The position numbers were made by a program, and so were the translations under genes. 36,275 nt of DNA, from NCBI GenBank assembly GCA_030596145.1, contig JAUVKS010000001.1, positions 1-36,275 on the forward strand, read 5' to 3'. The notes under the pieces were generated by a model, which was given only the letters and a program-made list of their open reading frames with translations, made no database searches and was not told the origin of the DNA. Of this stretch, positions 22,771 through 31,321 are shown one piece after another (within the stretch, counting starts at the first letter, position 1; each line of letters starts with the position of its first letter). This DNA is from Pseudomonadota bacterium (GTDB lineage Bacteria > Desulfobacterota > Syntrophia > Syntrophales > JADFWA01).

Positions 22771-23072
22771 GAAGGATTGGGGGTTAGAGTGTGAGAAGGT
22801 TAGAAGGGAAGAGGGTGAGAAGGTAGGAAGGTAAGAGGGTAGGAAGAGCAGAAGGGAAGAGGGTGATAGGATTAGGGGATTAGAAGGTTAGAGGGGAAGA
22901 GGGTGAGAAGTTTTGTTTTTGAGTTCTTTACTAACCTTCTAACCTTCTGATCTTCTAACTTTCTGTTTTTGACGGGTCGTCAGAAATTTGACACATAACT
23001 ACTCAGATTGTCAGGTTCACAGTTCTCTAACCTTGAACCTTGAACCGTGAACCCTTGAACCGTGAACCTAAG
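22771..23072. repeat. Long purine-rich family C' tract (~145 nt), short C arm, then family B' units (flgE-motA spacer)
   Basis: gaaggattgggggttagagtgtgagaaggttagaagggaagagggtgagaaggtaggaagg... facing taaccttctaaccttctgatcttctaac. Then aaccttgaaccttgaaccgtgaacccttgaaccgtgaacc. Confidence 0.9.
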
Positions 23073-23078
23073 TAATAT

Positions 23079-24335
23079 TTATCTCTTGATGTTCATCAGC
23101 TCGGACATCATCTGATCGGTGGTTGTGATGACTTTGGCATTGGCCTGGTACGCCCTTTGGGCAGTGATCATATTGATAAATTCCGTGGCGATATCGGCGT
23201 TCGACATCTCAAGAGAGTTGGGGCTGATCTCACCCAATCCGCCTCTTCCAGGTGCGTTTATGACCGCGGCGCCCGAATTTATCGTGGTGGCGAACAGATT
23301 GGACCCCATTTTATTCAATCCCCCGGGACTCGCAAACTTTGCCAGGGCAATCTGTCCTATTTCCGCAGTCTGCCCATTTGAGAACAAACCCTGGATGATC
23401 CCATCGCCTCCTATTGACAGACCCTGCAACTCGCCCGAGGCATGACCATTACAGACAAGACTCCTGTTGACCGAGGGACTGGCATAACCTGTCATTGTCT
23501 CGGCAGGCTCATCGGTATCGGTTACAGCGTCCTTCAGATCCCAGTTGATTGTACCGGAATCACCGATGCCGATGGTGGCGTCACCCGGCAAGAGGCCTGT
23601 GACGGTAATATCTATATCGGTTGTAGCAGGATCAAGTTTTCCATCTCCATCAAAACCAATGATGGCTGGATCTAAGGCTATTGTGGCAGTGCCCAGGTCC
23701 GACATGTCAACCGCTATAGACCATTCACCAACAGATGGAAGTGGTGCTTTCGTAAAGGTCAACGTAAGCGTATGCCCGGCCCCTAACGAATCATAGACAG
23801 TTAGCGCGGAAACAAAGGTATCACCCTTAGCAGCCTCCCCATTGAGATTTGCGCCTATGGAAACTCTGGTTGTAGCTATCGGATCTGACTGAACGCCGCC
23901 CATAGAGATGTCTCCGATCACATTTGTAGAAACGCCGTTCTCATAAGTATATCCCTGAACTCTGTAACCATTTACATCCACGAGATACTCGGTCTTATCC
24001 ACAGTGAACATACCTGCTCTGGTATAATAGGTGGCGCCTTCAGTATCGTTAACCATAAAAAATCCTTCTCCATTTATTGCAAGATCAGTGGCGCTCTGCG
24101 TACTCATAAATGAACCCTGCCCAAAAAGAGTGGGAACCGCAGTCACCCCTACACCGCGTCCTATCTGCATTGCTCCAGAACCTCCGGCAATGCTCTGGCT
24201 TAAGATATCGCCAAAAACCATGGTTCCTGCCTTAAAACCAACAGTATTGATATTGGCTATATTATTGCCTATGACATCCATCTGTTGTGAACTGGCATTT
24301 AAGCCTGATACTCCCGAAAATAATGAGCTTCCCAT
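23079..24335 (-). CDS. flgE: Hook protein FlgE
   Basis: MGSSLFSGVSGLNASSQQMDVIGNNIANINTVGFK...LEMSNADIATEFINMITAQRAYQANAKVI; 418 aa; AAGGAGG SD. Confidence 0.93.
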   Translation of the reverse strand: MGSSLFSGVSGLNASSQQMDVIGNNIANINTVGFKAGTMVFGDILSQSIAGGSGAMQIGRGVGVTAVPTLFGQGSFMSTQSATDLAINGEGFFMVNDTEGATYYTRAGMFTVDKTEYLVDVNGYRVQGYTYENGVSTNVIGDISMGGVQSDPIATTRVSIGANLNGEAAKGDTFVSALTVYDSLGAGHTLTLTFTKAPLPSVGEWSIAVDMSDLGTATIALDPAIIGFDGDGKLDPATTDIDITVTGLLPGDATIGIGDSGTINWDLKDAVTDTDEPAETMTGYASPSVNRSLVCNGHASGELQGLSIGGDGIIQGLFSNGQTAEIGQIALAKFASPGGLNKMGSNLFATTINSGAAVINAPGRGGLGEISPNSLEMSNADIATEFINMITAQRAYQANAKVITTTDQMMSELMNIKR

Positions 24336-24360
24336 TTTTTATTACCTCCTTCCTTTAATT

Positions 24361-24491
24361 GGTCAAGTAGTCGAGTGGTCGAGTGGTTGTTATTATTCAA
24401 GCAAATAATCCTTGGATGATCATACGATCTACTTTCCCTTTGAGTTTTCAGCTTTTACCTTTCAACTTTCAGCTTTGAGCTTTGAGCTTTT
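24361..24491. repeat. 37-nt family A element (same as 2311-2347) plus family G heptamers (GAGCTTT); flgD-flgE spacer
   Basis: ggtcaagtagtcgagtggtcgagtggttgttattatt; ctttgagttttcagcttttacctttcaactttcagctttgagctttgagcttttt. Confidence 0.9.
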
Positions 24492-24497
24492 TATCCT

Positions 24498-25139
24498 TTA
24501 TCCCGATTCATTCACAGAAATGATATCCCCAAAGGAAATATCCTGTCCGTTAACGGAAAGATAAGGGGAACCTTCCTTAAATGTCACTCCTGTCACCTGT
24601 CCCGTTATTATTGTATAGACTGGTATTTCATCTCCATTGTCATCGATTGCTGATATCTCGAAGGTATAGTCGCCATGGGCAACATCACTGCAATCCCACG
24701 TAACTGAATTTTCTCCCTCCTGTTGACTTCCTAATTCGATGGTATCCACAAGATTGGCCTCTTCATCATAAATTTTGATGGTAACTTGTTCAGCGCTTTC
24801 TGATAAATTATAAGCAAACTCGGCAGATGGGCCCTCTACTTTGATGCCATCGCCTCTTGCGGTCACCTCCTTGCCGATGAGGTTTACCGATTGGGCATTA
24901 TTTAACGAAGACTGATAAAGATTCAGCACTTCCAGTTGAGTGTTCATATTGCTCAACTGTTCAAGGCTGGAGAATTGAGCAAGTTGCGCTGTAAAATCAG
25001 CGCCATCAAGGGGATTGAGAGGATCCTGATTCTGAAGCTGTGCTACCAGCATCTCAAGAAAATCATCCTTCCCCAGCGTGTCCGCTTGCAGAGATTGCAA
25101 ACTTTCATTACTACTACTATTAATACTTTCTATTGTCAT
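24498..25139 (-). CDS. flgD: Hook cap/assembly protein FlgD
   Basis: LGKDDFLEMLVAQLQNQDPLNPLDGADFTAQLAQFSSLEQL is the hallmark FlgD N-terminal motif; 213 aa. Confidence 0.92.
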   Translation of the reverse strand: MTIESINSSSNESLQSLQADTLGKDDFLEMLVAQLQNQDPLNPLDGADFTAQLAQFSSLEQLSNMNTQLEVLNLYQSSLNNAQSVNLIGKEVTARGDGIKVEGPSAEFAYNLSESAEQVTIKIYDEEANLVDTIELGSQQEGENSVTWDCSDVAHGDYTFEISAIDDNGDEIPVYTIITGQVTGVTFKEGSPYLSVNGQDISFGDIISVNESG

Positions 25140-25162
25140 TTCATACCCTCCTCAACTTGATA

Positions 25163-25280
25163 TTGGTCGAGTGGTCGAGTGGTTGACTACTCGACTATTT
25201 AGCGCCTGAACGAAAACTTCGATTTCTTATAGATCAAAAACTAACCTTGAACCGTAAACTGTGAACCGTAAACCGTTACC
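25163..25280. repeat. Family A hairpin plus B' units (fliK-flgD spacer)
   Basis: ttggtcgagtggtcgagtggttgactactcgactattt; aaccttgaaccgtaaactgtgaaccgtaaaccgttacc. Confidence 0.9.
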
Positions 25281-25281
25281 T

Positions 25282-26715
25282 TTACGCAAACAAACTGACA
25301 CGCCCGTCACTCCGGACGCTTGGGTTTTCTTCCTTAAACGATGAGGGGTCATGATTCAAGGAATCTTGTTCCCCCCCATGGTCTTCTTCGTTCCCTTCCC
25401 GATTTCTGCCTTCTCTAAATAATGTCTCATTCCGCCCGGAGCCGTAATTGCCGCCGTCCGGTTTTTCCTGAACAGATACATTTATGGTATCCGCGACCAA
25501 TCCATGATTGCGAAGAGAGCTTTTGAGACTTTCCACATTTGACTGTAATATCTGCCTGACATCATTATTTTCCGTCTGCAGGATAACATGCACTTTATTA
25601 TCCCTGACAAGCACATCCACATCCAGCGTGCCCAGACGGGGCGGGTTGAGCGTGATTCTTACCCTTCCTGGCTTCTTTACGCTGTTTGCAATCTGATTGA
25701 TCAAAGCCCGTGGTTCTACGTCGTAACTGTTCACGCTCTCATTGATGACTGCCGACCCGCTATCTGCATGAAAAGCGGTATGCTGATATCCCCCGGCAGA
25801 AAAATCCCTGTAAGATGGACGCTCCGGTGGTGAAGTCCCTCTATGAAGAATCCCCATAGCCTCTTCACCCTTAAGAGCCAAAGGTTTCAGTGAATTTCCG
25901 ATGCCATTTTTGCCGCCGCTGTCCGGCTCTACACTGCTCTTTGCTTTTACAACAACCGCATTCTTCAAACTGAACTTCAAAAGCCCCTGTTTCTCCTCCA
26001 TCTTTGCCTTCCGGCCATTGCCTTCTGTCCTATGGCCCCCGCCAGACTGACGGCGGTCAGGTCTGAGCAGGGCGTTGTTTATTCCGGCAATGTTCTTTCC
26101 ATTCTTAAAGAGAGCTGCATCGGTCTTTCCATTCATGATACCTGAGTCTAACGCCCGTTTCCCGAACGGGCCGATGAGGGCATCGGCCCCTACACGTACC
26201 TGAGCCTCATTCTTTCCGACAACCGCTTTAGCTTCACCCTTAAGAGCCAAAGGTTTCAGTGAATTTCCGATGCCATTTTTGCCGCCGCTGTCCGGCTCTA
26301 CACTGCTCTTTGCTTTTACAACAACCGCATTCTTCAAACTGAACTTCAAAAGTCCCGGAGCATCCACCATCTCTGCCCTCCCACCGGGGCGTAGGCCCCT
26401 ATGGGCCGGAGGCTGACCTCCGACCCCGCCAGACTGACGGCGGGCAAGCTCTGACCTCTGACCTCTGACCTCCGACCTCTGACCTCCGACCTCTGGTCCC
26501 CGGCCTTTCACAGGTAGCGATTGATTCGTTTTTTCCGTCTCTTGTGTCGTTATGCGGCATATCTGCCCCATCATACAAAAAAACGGCATCATCTGCTCCG
26601 GTTCCTTACCTGTCTGCCGTCGCACAGGCAGGCCGGTCTTCCTTTCCTGCAATTTTTCAGATGAGCCCAGAAGGCCGATGCCCTGTTTTAGATTCACCAG
26701 ATTAGACTCTATCAT
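25282..26715 (-). CDS. fliK: Hook-length control protein FliK (repeat-rich N-terminal/ruler half)
   Basis: C-terminal Flg_hook-type domain (RVRITLNPPRLGTLDVDVLVRDNKVHVILQTENNDVRQILQSNVESLKSSLRNHGL). Sits between ylxF-like and flgD. The N-terminal start is uncertain. Confidence 0.8.
   Translation of the reverse strand: MIESNLVNLKQGIGLLGSSEKLQERKTGLPVRRQTGKEPEQMMPFFCMMGQICRITTQETEKTNQSLPVKGRGPEVGGQRSEVRGQRSELARRQSGGVGGQPPAHRGLRPGGRAEMVDAPGLLKFSLKNAVVVKAKSSVEPDSGGKNGIGNSLKPLALKGEAKAVVGKNEAQVRVGADALIGPFGKRALDSGIMNGKTDAALFKNGKNIAGINNALLRPDRRQSGGGHRTEGNGRKAKMEEKQGLLKFSLKNAVVVKAKSSVEPDSGGKNGIGNSLKPLALKGEEAMGILHRGTSPPERPSYRDFSAGGYQHTAFHADSGSAVINESVNSYDVEPRALINQIANSVKKPGRVRITLNPPRLGTLDVDVLVRDNKVHVILQTENNDVRQILQSNVESLKSSLRNHGLVADTINVSVQEKPDGGNYGSGRNETLFREGRNREGNEEDHGGEQDSLNHDPSSFKEENPSVRSDGRVSLFA
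25863..25983. repeat. 121-bp perfect direct repeat inside fliK, copy 1
   Basis: cttcacccttaagagccaaaggtttcagtgaatttccgatgcc...caaactgaacttcaaaag is identical to 26232-26352. The offset is 369 nt, i.e. 123 codons. Confidence 0.95.
26232..26352. repeat. 121-bp perfect direct repeat inside fliK, copy 2
   Basis: Base-for-base identical to 25863-25983. Encodes GLLKFSLKNAVVVKAKSSVEPDSGGKNGIGNSLKPLALKGE twice. Confidence 0.95.
26415..26500. repeat. Dispersed GACCTCC/CCGCC-hairpin element with an expanded GACCTCT heptamer run, inside fliK
   Basis: gacctccgaccccgccagactgacggcgggcaagctctgacctctgacctctgacctccgacctctgacctccgacctctggtcc. A partial third copy lies at 26036-26068. Confidence 0.9.
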
Positions 26716-26754
26716 TACCTAAACACCAATTTCCTTAAATATATGGTATTAGTC

Positions 26755-26887
26755 CAGCCACAAAGACACTAAGATTATATTATAATTTGGGAATTTAGGA
26801 ATTGAAGGATGTTGTCACTTTTAATTCCTCAATCCCCAAATCCCTCAATCCCTCAATTCGCAATTAAGCAAAGTGTCTTTGTGGCTG
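26755..26887. repeat. Nested hairpin: family F termini enclosing a family E hairpin (fliK leader)
   Basis: cagccacaaagacactaagat ... gggaatttaggaattgaagg ... cctcaatccccaaatccctcaatccctcaattcgcaattaagc ... aagtgtctttgtggctg. Confidence 0.9.
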
Positions 26888-26918
26888 AGTAGCTACGAAT
26901 GCTTTACCAAAGGATAAA

Positions 26919-26934
26919 AGCAAAAGACGTACCA
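26919..26934 (-). promoter_or_regulatory. Sigma-54 promoter candidate upstream of fliK
   Basis: Minus strand reads TGGTAC-GTCTT-TTGCT. About 200 nt upstream of the fliK ATG, with the nested hairpin 26755-26887 in the predicted leader. Confidence 0.5.
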
Positions 26935-27020
26935 CCCTTCAGGCTTTCGGAATTACGGGAAATATCAGGCTGTTATGAAAATGCTATGGAATGGAAACTT
27001 GAGACGGGGGCAAATATTGC

Positions 27021-27617
27021 CTATTGACTTGAAAGAAATGCCGACGTGGTTATCTCTCTGGTTATCTCTACAGATTTGGCTGGATTTACATGCCCCAATA
27101 TCGCTCCCGCTTTTTTGCTTTTCATGTTCATAATTATAGCCGCGGCTGTCCGTGTGTCCAGTTTTTCCAGCATGGAACCTGCCCGGGCAGGGGGAACAGA
27201 CTCATAAACCTTTGCCATGCTCTTGTACTTTCTATTATTTCTTTCCTCAACCATTTCAAAAAGCGCTGTTAATTTCTTCTCTAACTCTTGCAAGCTATTA
27301 ATTTTGGAAAGTATCTCATCTCTTAACAAATTTAATCTTCTTTCTTCTGACTGCAAAAAGTTTTCCCGGTCATTAAGCGCCTTTTGCTTCCCTAACAATG
27401 AAGATAAAAGCTTCCTTTCTTCTGACAGCCTGTCCTCGCATACGTCCCTCACCAAACGCGCAAAACCGTCCGTAACCGGCGAATCTGCCGCCGCCTTGTT
27501 TACAAACAGAAGACGATCAGCGGTTTCTGAATTTTTTATTATTCCTATGACAGCAGCAATCTTTATTAGAACAATAAAGAATATCACAATGTTACAGGCA
27601 ATTATCAGCTTTTTCAA
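27021..27617 (-). CDS. Membrane-anchored coiled-coil protein with MgtE_N-like C-terminus (YlxF/FlbB/MotE-type)
   Basis: N-terminal TM segment, coiled-coil, then PPARAGSMLEKLDTRTAAAIIMNMKSKKAGAILGHVNPAKSVEI. Position after fliJ matches Bacillus ylxF. TTG start with an AGGAG SD, overlapping the fliJ end. Confidence 0.65.
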   Translation of the reverse strand: MKKLIIACNIVIFFIVLIKIAAVIGIIKNSETADRLLFVNKAAADSPVTDGFARLVRDVCEDRLSEERKLLSSLLGKQKALNDRENFLQSEERRLNLLRDEILSKINSLQELEKKLTALFEMVEERNNRKYKSMAKVYESVPPARAGSMLEKLDTRTAAAIIMNMKSKKAGAILGHVNPAKSVEITREITTSAFLSSQ

Positions 27618-28056
27618 TTTTCACGCTCCTGCCGGATCTTAAAAGCCAGGACTCATCCAACTCTTTCTGTTCCCTGGTAATCAAAGACAACCTGTATTCT
27701 TCCAGTTTTTTTTCTTTAATGATTTCCAGGATTTTTCTTTTGCTTGAAGCATTAACAAGCTTTGTTCTTTTCTCTTCCAGATCCTTTCCAATCTGACAAA
27801 CAATCTCTTCCCGGTGATTTTCCTCATCCTTTATATGACTGATATAAGAAAGATAAATTGAAACGTCGGCAGCGCTCAGCTTACTCTCGCCCATCTTTTT
27901 CAATCGGGAGATCAAACCCGCCATCCCTCTTCTCAGCTTTTTCAATGTTTCTTTCTCACAATCGAGGTTCCTTTTTATATCTGCGAATTCAAGCATCAGC
28001 CGTTCTTCTAACTGTTTTCTGTATTTTAATACGGGCTGTAATCTGAAATTAAACAT
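27592..28056 (-). CDS. fliJ: Export chaperone/stalk protein FliJ
   Basis: 154-aa all-coiled-coil protein. N-terminus MFNFRLQPVLKYRKQLEERLMLEF is typical of FliJ. Follows fliI. Confidence 0.8.
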   Translation of the reverse strand: MFNFRLQPVLKYRKQLEERLMLEFADIKRNLDCEKETLKKLRRGMAGLISRLKKMGESKLSAADVSIYLSYISHIKDEENHREEIVCQIGKDLEEKRTKLVNASSKRKILEIIKEKKLEEYRLSLITREQKELDESWLLRSGRSVKIEKADNCL

Positions 28057-28060
28057 ATGA

Positions 28061-28114
28061 TAACCGTTCAGAGGTTCAGGGTTCAGGGTTCAGGGTTATC
28101 TGAACCCTGAACCT
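28061..28114. repeat. Family B hairpin (fliI-fliJ spacer)
   Basis: taaccgttcagaggttcagggttcagggttcagggttatctgaaccctgaacc. The first 19 nt are identical to 4651-4669. Confidence 0.9.
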
Positions 28115-28119
28115 TTTAA

Positions 28120-29427
28120 TTAGTCAAAAAGAGCAAAGAGTTGTTCTTTGCTCTCTTCAAAACTGATCTTTTCGTTAATATCCTGTCTTGAAAATGAATT
28201 TATCTTGCCTATCATTTTTATTGCATTGTCTATTTCAGAATTGCTTCCTTCCACGTAGGCGCCTATATTAATCAAATCTTCAGCCTTGCTGTAAGTTGAT
28301 ACAATATTTAAGACATCGTTGGCCATCTTTCGGTGTTTCTCATCCACAATATCTATCATCAACCTGCTGATGCTTTCCAGGACATCTATCGCAGGATAGT
28401 GATTCCTTGCAGCCAGACTGCGAGTAAGGGTTATATGACCATCAAGGATTGATCTTGCCGCATCAGCGATCGGTTCATTAAAATCATCGCCTTCCACAAG
28501 AACCGTGTAAAGGCCTGTTATGCTGCCGCTATCTTCTATGTTTCCCGCTCTTTCCAGCAACTTTGGCATAAGGCTGAAAACCGATGGTGTATAACCTTTT
28601 GCAGTTGGAGGTTCTCCGACAGATAGACCGACCTCTCTTTGCGCCATTGCAAATCTGGTCAGCGAATCGACCATAAGGAGAACTTCCATTCCCTGATCTC
28701 TGAAATATTCCGATATTGCAGTCGCTACGTACGCTGCTCTCATCCTGATGAGGGGATGCATGTCCGATGTTGCCACAACAACCACAGACTTGGCCAGCCC
28801 TTCCTTGCCAAGGTTATTTTCAATAAATTCACGAACTTCTCTTCCTCTTTCGCCGACGAGTCCGATTACATTGATATCAGCGCTTGTATTTCTGGCAATC
28901 ATGCCGAGGAGAAAGCTCTTGCCAACCCCGGAGCCTGAAAATATCCCCATCCTCTGACCTTTGCCACAGCTAAACAACCCATTCATCGCCCTGATTCCAA
29001 GGTCCATCGGTTCCCTTATCCTGTTCCTTTTAAGAGGATTGATGGGTTTCGCGTAAACCGGATATTCGCCTTCCGATTCTATTGGTCCCCTGTCATCAAT
29101 AGGATTGCCCAGACCATCAATGACCCTTCCCAGAAGATTATGACCTACTTTGACATTTGACTTTTTCCCAGTGGAGAGAATCCTGCTGCCAGACCGAACA
29201 CTATCAATGTTTCCGAAAGGCATTAAAAGAACCTTTTCTTCCCTGAATCCCACAACTTCCGCGACGATTGTCCTGTTGTTGCCATTCGGATAAATCCGGC
29301 ACATCTCGCCTATGGAAGTTTCAGGATTATACCCTTTCACTAAAAGACCTATAATCTCGCTTACCTTTCCATAGACACTGAACGGATTTGTATCCTTAAT
29401 TATTCTATGATATTTCTCAAAATCCAT
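28120..29427 (-). CDS. fliI: Flagellar export ATPase FliI
   Basis: Walker A GSGVGKS, Walker B LLMVDSLTR, F1/T3SS-ATPase fold motifs; 435 aa. Confidence 0.96.
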   Translation of the reverse strand: MDFEKYHRIIKDTNPFSVYGKVSEIIGLLVKGYNPETSIGEMCRIYPNGNNRTIVAEVVGFREEKVLLMPFGNIDSVRSGSRILSTGKKSNVKVGHNLLGRVIDGLGNPIDDRGPIESEGEYPVYAKPINPLKRNRIREPMDLGIRAMNGLFSCGKGQRMGIFSGSGVGKSFLLGMIARNTSADINVIGLVGERGREVREFIENNLGKEGLAKSVVVVATSDMHPLIRMRAAYVATAISEYFRDQGMEVLLMVDSLTRFAMAQREVGLSVGEPPTAKGYTPSVFSLMPKLLERAGNIEDSGSITGLYTVLVEGDDFNEPIADAARSILDGHITLTRSLAARNHYPAIDVLESISRLMIDIVDEKHRKMANDVLNIVSTYSKAEDLINIGAYVEGSNSEIDNAIKMIGKINSFSRQDINEKISFEESKEQLFALFD

Positions 29428-29449
29428 GGCAACTACTCACTCAGGTTGT

Positions 29450-29595
29450 CCGGTTCAGGGTTCAGGGTTCAAGGTTCAGGGTTGCTGGTTGCTCGTTCCG
29501 AAAAGGAAAGAGGAAAGAGTTAAGAGAAAAGGGTGTTACTCTATCCTCTGACATCTGATCCCTGTCCTTTCATCTTTGAGCTTTCACCTTTCAGC
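29450..29595. repeat. Composite spacer: B, D, element J copy 2, then C/G-type units (fliH-fliI)
   Basis: ccggttcagggttcagggttcaaggttcagggttgctggttgctcgtt, then J, then ctgacatctgatccctgtcctttcatctttgagctttcaccttt. Confidence 0.95.
29491..29549. repeat. Dispersed element J, copy 2, upstream of fliI
   Basis: gctcgttccgaaaaggaaagaggaaagagttaagagaaaagggtgttactctatcctct. 57/59 identical to 13972-14030. Confidence 0.95.
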
Positions 29596-30310
29596 CCAAC
29601 GATTCCTTGATCTTATCTAACTGCTGATCCAGCCTGGCATCTACTATCCCTGAATGCGTCTCTATTACAGCCCCGCCCTGACCGATTTCTTCATCCTTCT
29701 CAATCAATATATCGCCGTAACTGTCAAGGAAATCGGGTTTTGCCTCTGTTATGTAACGGTGATCTTCGGGGTTCAGCCGGATACTGACATCATCTCTCTC
29801 CTGCATATTTCTCATCGCATCTTTAAGGACTGACAGGACAACTTCCCTGTCGGCGCCCACTTCCTTATGTATAACCCTACCGGCTATTGAAAAAACAAGA
29901 TCGATTATTTCCTTTTCAAAGCCTTCCAGAAATTCTTCCTTCAGTACTTTTAATTCTCTGATCAGTTTCGCAACAGATTCCGCGGCAAGAGACAACTTTC
30001 TCTTTTCCTGATCTATGCCCTTTGTTACTCCTTTTAAAAAGCCTCTGTCATAGGCTTTTTTTTCCGCAATTTTTATTCTTTCCTCTATCTGTTCTTCGGG
30101 CTGTTTCCCGGGTTTCTCAATCTCAGCATCGATATCCCTCTTATTTTTACGTGCCTTAAAACCTGCTTCATTTACCGGAATATGACATATGCCCCGAATA
30201 AACCCTGCCAGCGCTTTCTCCCTCGAACCTGCCCGCTCGTGCCTCGCAGTGGCAGGCGGATCTGTCAGCTTTACATCCTGAGCCTTGATAATCCTGTCAG
30301 ACGAATACAT
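29591..30310 (-). CDS. fliH: Export ATPase regulator FliH
   Basis: 239 aa between fliG and fliI. Central charged helix (EERIKIAEKKAYDRGFLKG) and FliH-like C-terminus. Overlaps the fliG end by 14 nt. Confidence 0.78.
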   Translation of the reverse strand: MYSSDRIIKAQDVKLTDPPATARHERAGSREKALAGFIRGICHIPVNEAGFKARKNKRDIDAEIEKPGKQPEEQIEERIKIAEKKAYDRGFLKGVTKGIDQEKRKLSLAAESVAKLIRELKVLKEEFLEGFEKEIIDLVFSIAGRVIHKEVGADREVVLSVLKDAMRNMQERDDVSIRLNPEDHRYITEAKPDFLDSYGDILIEKDEEIGQGGAVIETHSGIVDARLDQQLDKIKESLG

Positions 30311-31298
30311 CTTCTTTGCCGCTCTCTGTAAATGCTATTTTACCCTCGGATTCCAGTCTCTTTGCGATCTTGATAATCGCTTGCTGGCTACTTTCCACCT
30401 CTGACAGTCTTATTGGGGGCATAACCTCTATATTTTCTCTGAGCATCTCAGCGGCGCGCTTTGATATATTTTTAAAGACCTTCTTTTTCATGTCATCGTC
30501 AACTATTTTGAGGGCGCGGGCCAGATCTTCACGCTTTACCTCCGCCAGCAACATTTTCATGCTCTTGTCGTCTAACTTGAAAATATCATCAAAAGTAAAC
30601 ATGAGGCTTTTAATCTCAGTTGCCAGATCAGGATCTGCCTCCTCAAGCGATTTGAGAATTGCCTTTTCGCTCGACTGATTTATGCTGTTCAAAATTTCTG
30701 CCATCATACTAACTCCGCCAACCTGCTCTTCGCTGTCCCTTCCAAAAACTATCTCTGATTCAAGCGTTTTCGCCATCTCCTCCATAAACTCACGCGGGAC
30801 GCTTCCCAGTGTCACAATCCTCTCCACAATGTCTTTTTGCCTGTCAGGGGGGAGATTTTCCAGGATCTTCGCCGCCTGTTCCGGTCTCAGGTGCGCTAAT
30901 ATAAGGGATGTAGTCTGGGGATGCTCCTGCCTTGTAAAATCCATCAAGAACTTCGGATCAGCATTCCTCAATTTTTCAATGATTGGGCTATCGGATGAAA
31001 AGTTTTCATCTTCAATCGCTTTTATAAATTCTCTCCCCCTATCCTCTCCCAGGGCTTTCACCACAATATTTTCAACAACATTATCTTGAAATGATATGAT
31101 CCTCTTCCCCTTTTCCCGGGCAAGCACGCAAAATTCCCTGGCGACATGTTCCATGTCTTCATTAGATATTCCAGTTAAGCTGTTCATACGCTTTCCAACG
31201 CTTTTGACCTCAGCCGGTGCGAGATTTCTCATTACATCGGCTGCCACTTCTTCGTCCAGAGACAAAAGAAGCACCGCCGCTTTTTCTTCGTTTATCAT
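30297..31298 (-). CDS. fliG: Rotor/switch protein FliG
   Basis: EKAAVLLLSLDEEVAADVMRNL...; MFTFDDIFKLDDKSMKMLLAEV; 333 aa. Confidence 0.95.
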   Translation of the reverse strand: MINEEKAAVLLLSLDEEVAADVMRNLAPAEVKSVGKRMNSLTGISNEDMEHVAREFCVLAREKGKRIISFQDNVVENIVVKALGEDRGREFIKAIEDENFSSDSPIIEKLRNADPKFLMDFTRQEHPQTTSLILAHLRPEQAAKILENLPPDRQKDIVERIVTLGSVPREFMEEMAKTLESEIVFGRDSEEQVGGVSMMAEILNSINQSSEKAILKSLEEADPDLATEIKSLMFTFDDIFKLDDKSMKMLLAEVKREDLARALKIVDDDMKKKVFKNISKRAAEMLRENIEVMPPIRLSEVESSQQAIIKIAKRLESEGKIAFTESGKEDVFV

Positions 31299-31321
31299 AT
31301 TCTCGCAATCCTCCTTTACCC

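Noticed and set aside
22966-23078. Rho-independent terminators after flgE, fliA and other genes
   Set aside because: Stems are abundant, but none is followed by a U-tract in the mRNA sense. I cannot distinguish terminators from the generic repeat hairpins by eye.
24397-24412. Sigma-54-like motif upstream of flgE (minus strand CCAAGG-ATTAT-TTGCT)
   Set aside because: The GG-to-GC spacing is 8 nt rather than the 11 nt required for -24/-12 elements.
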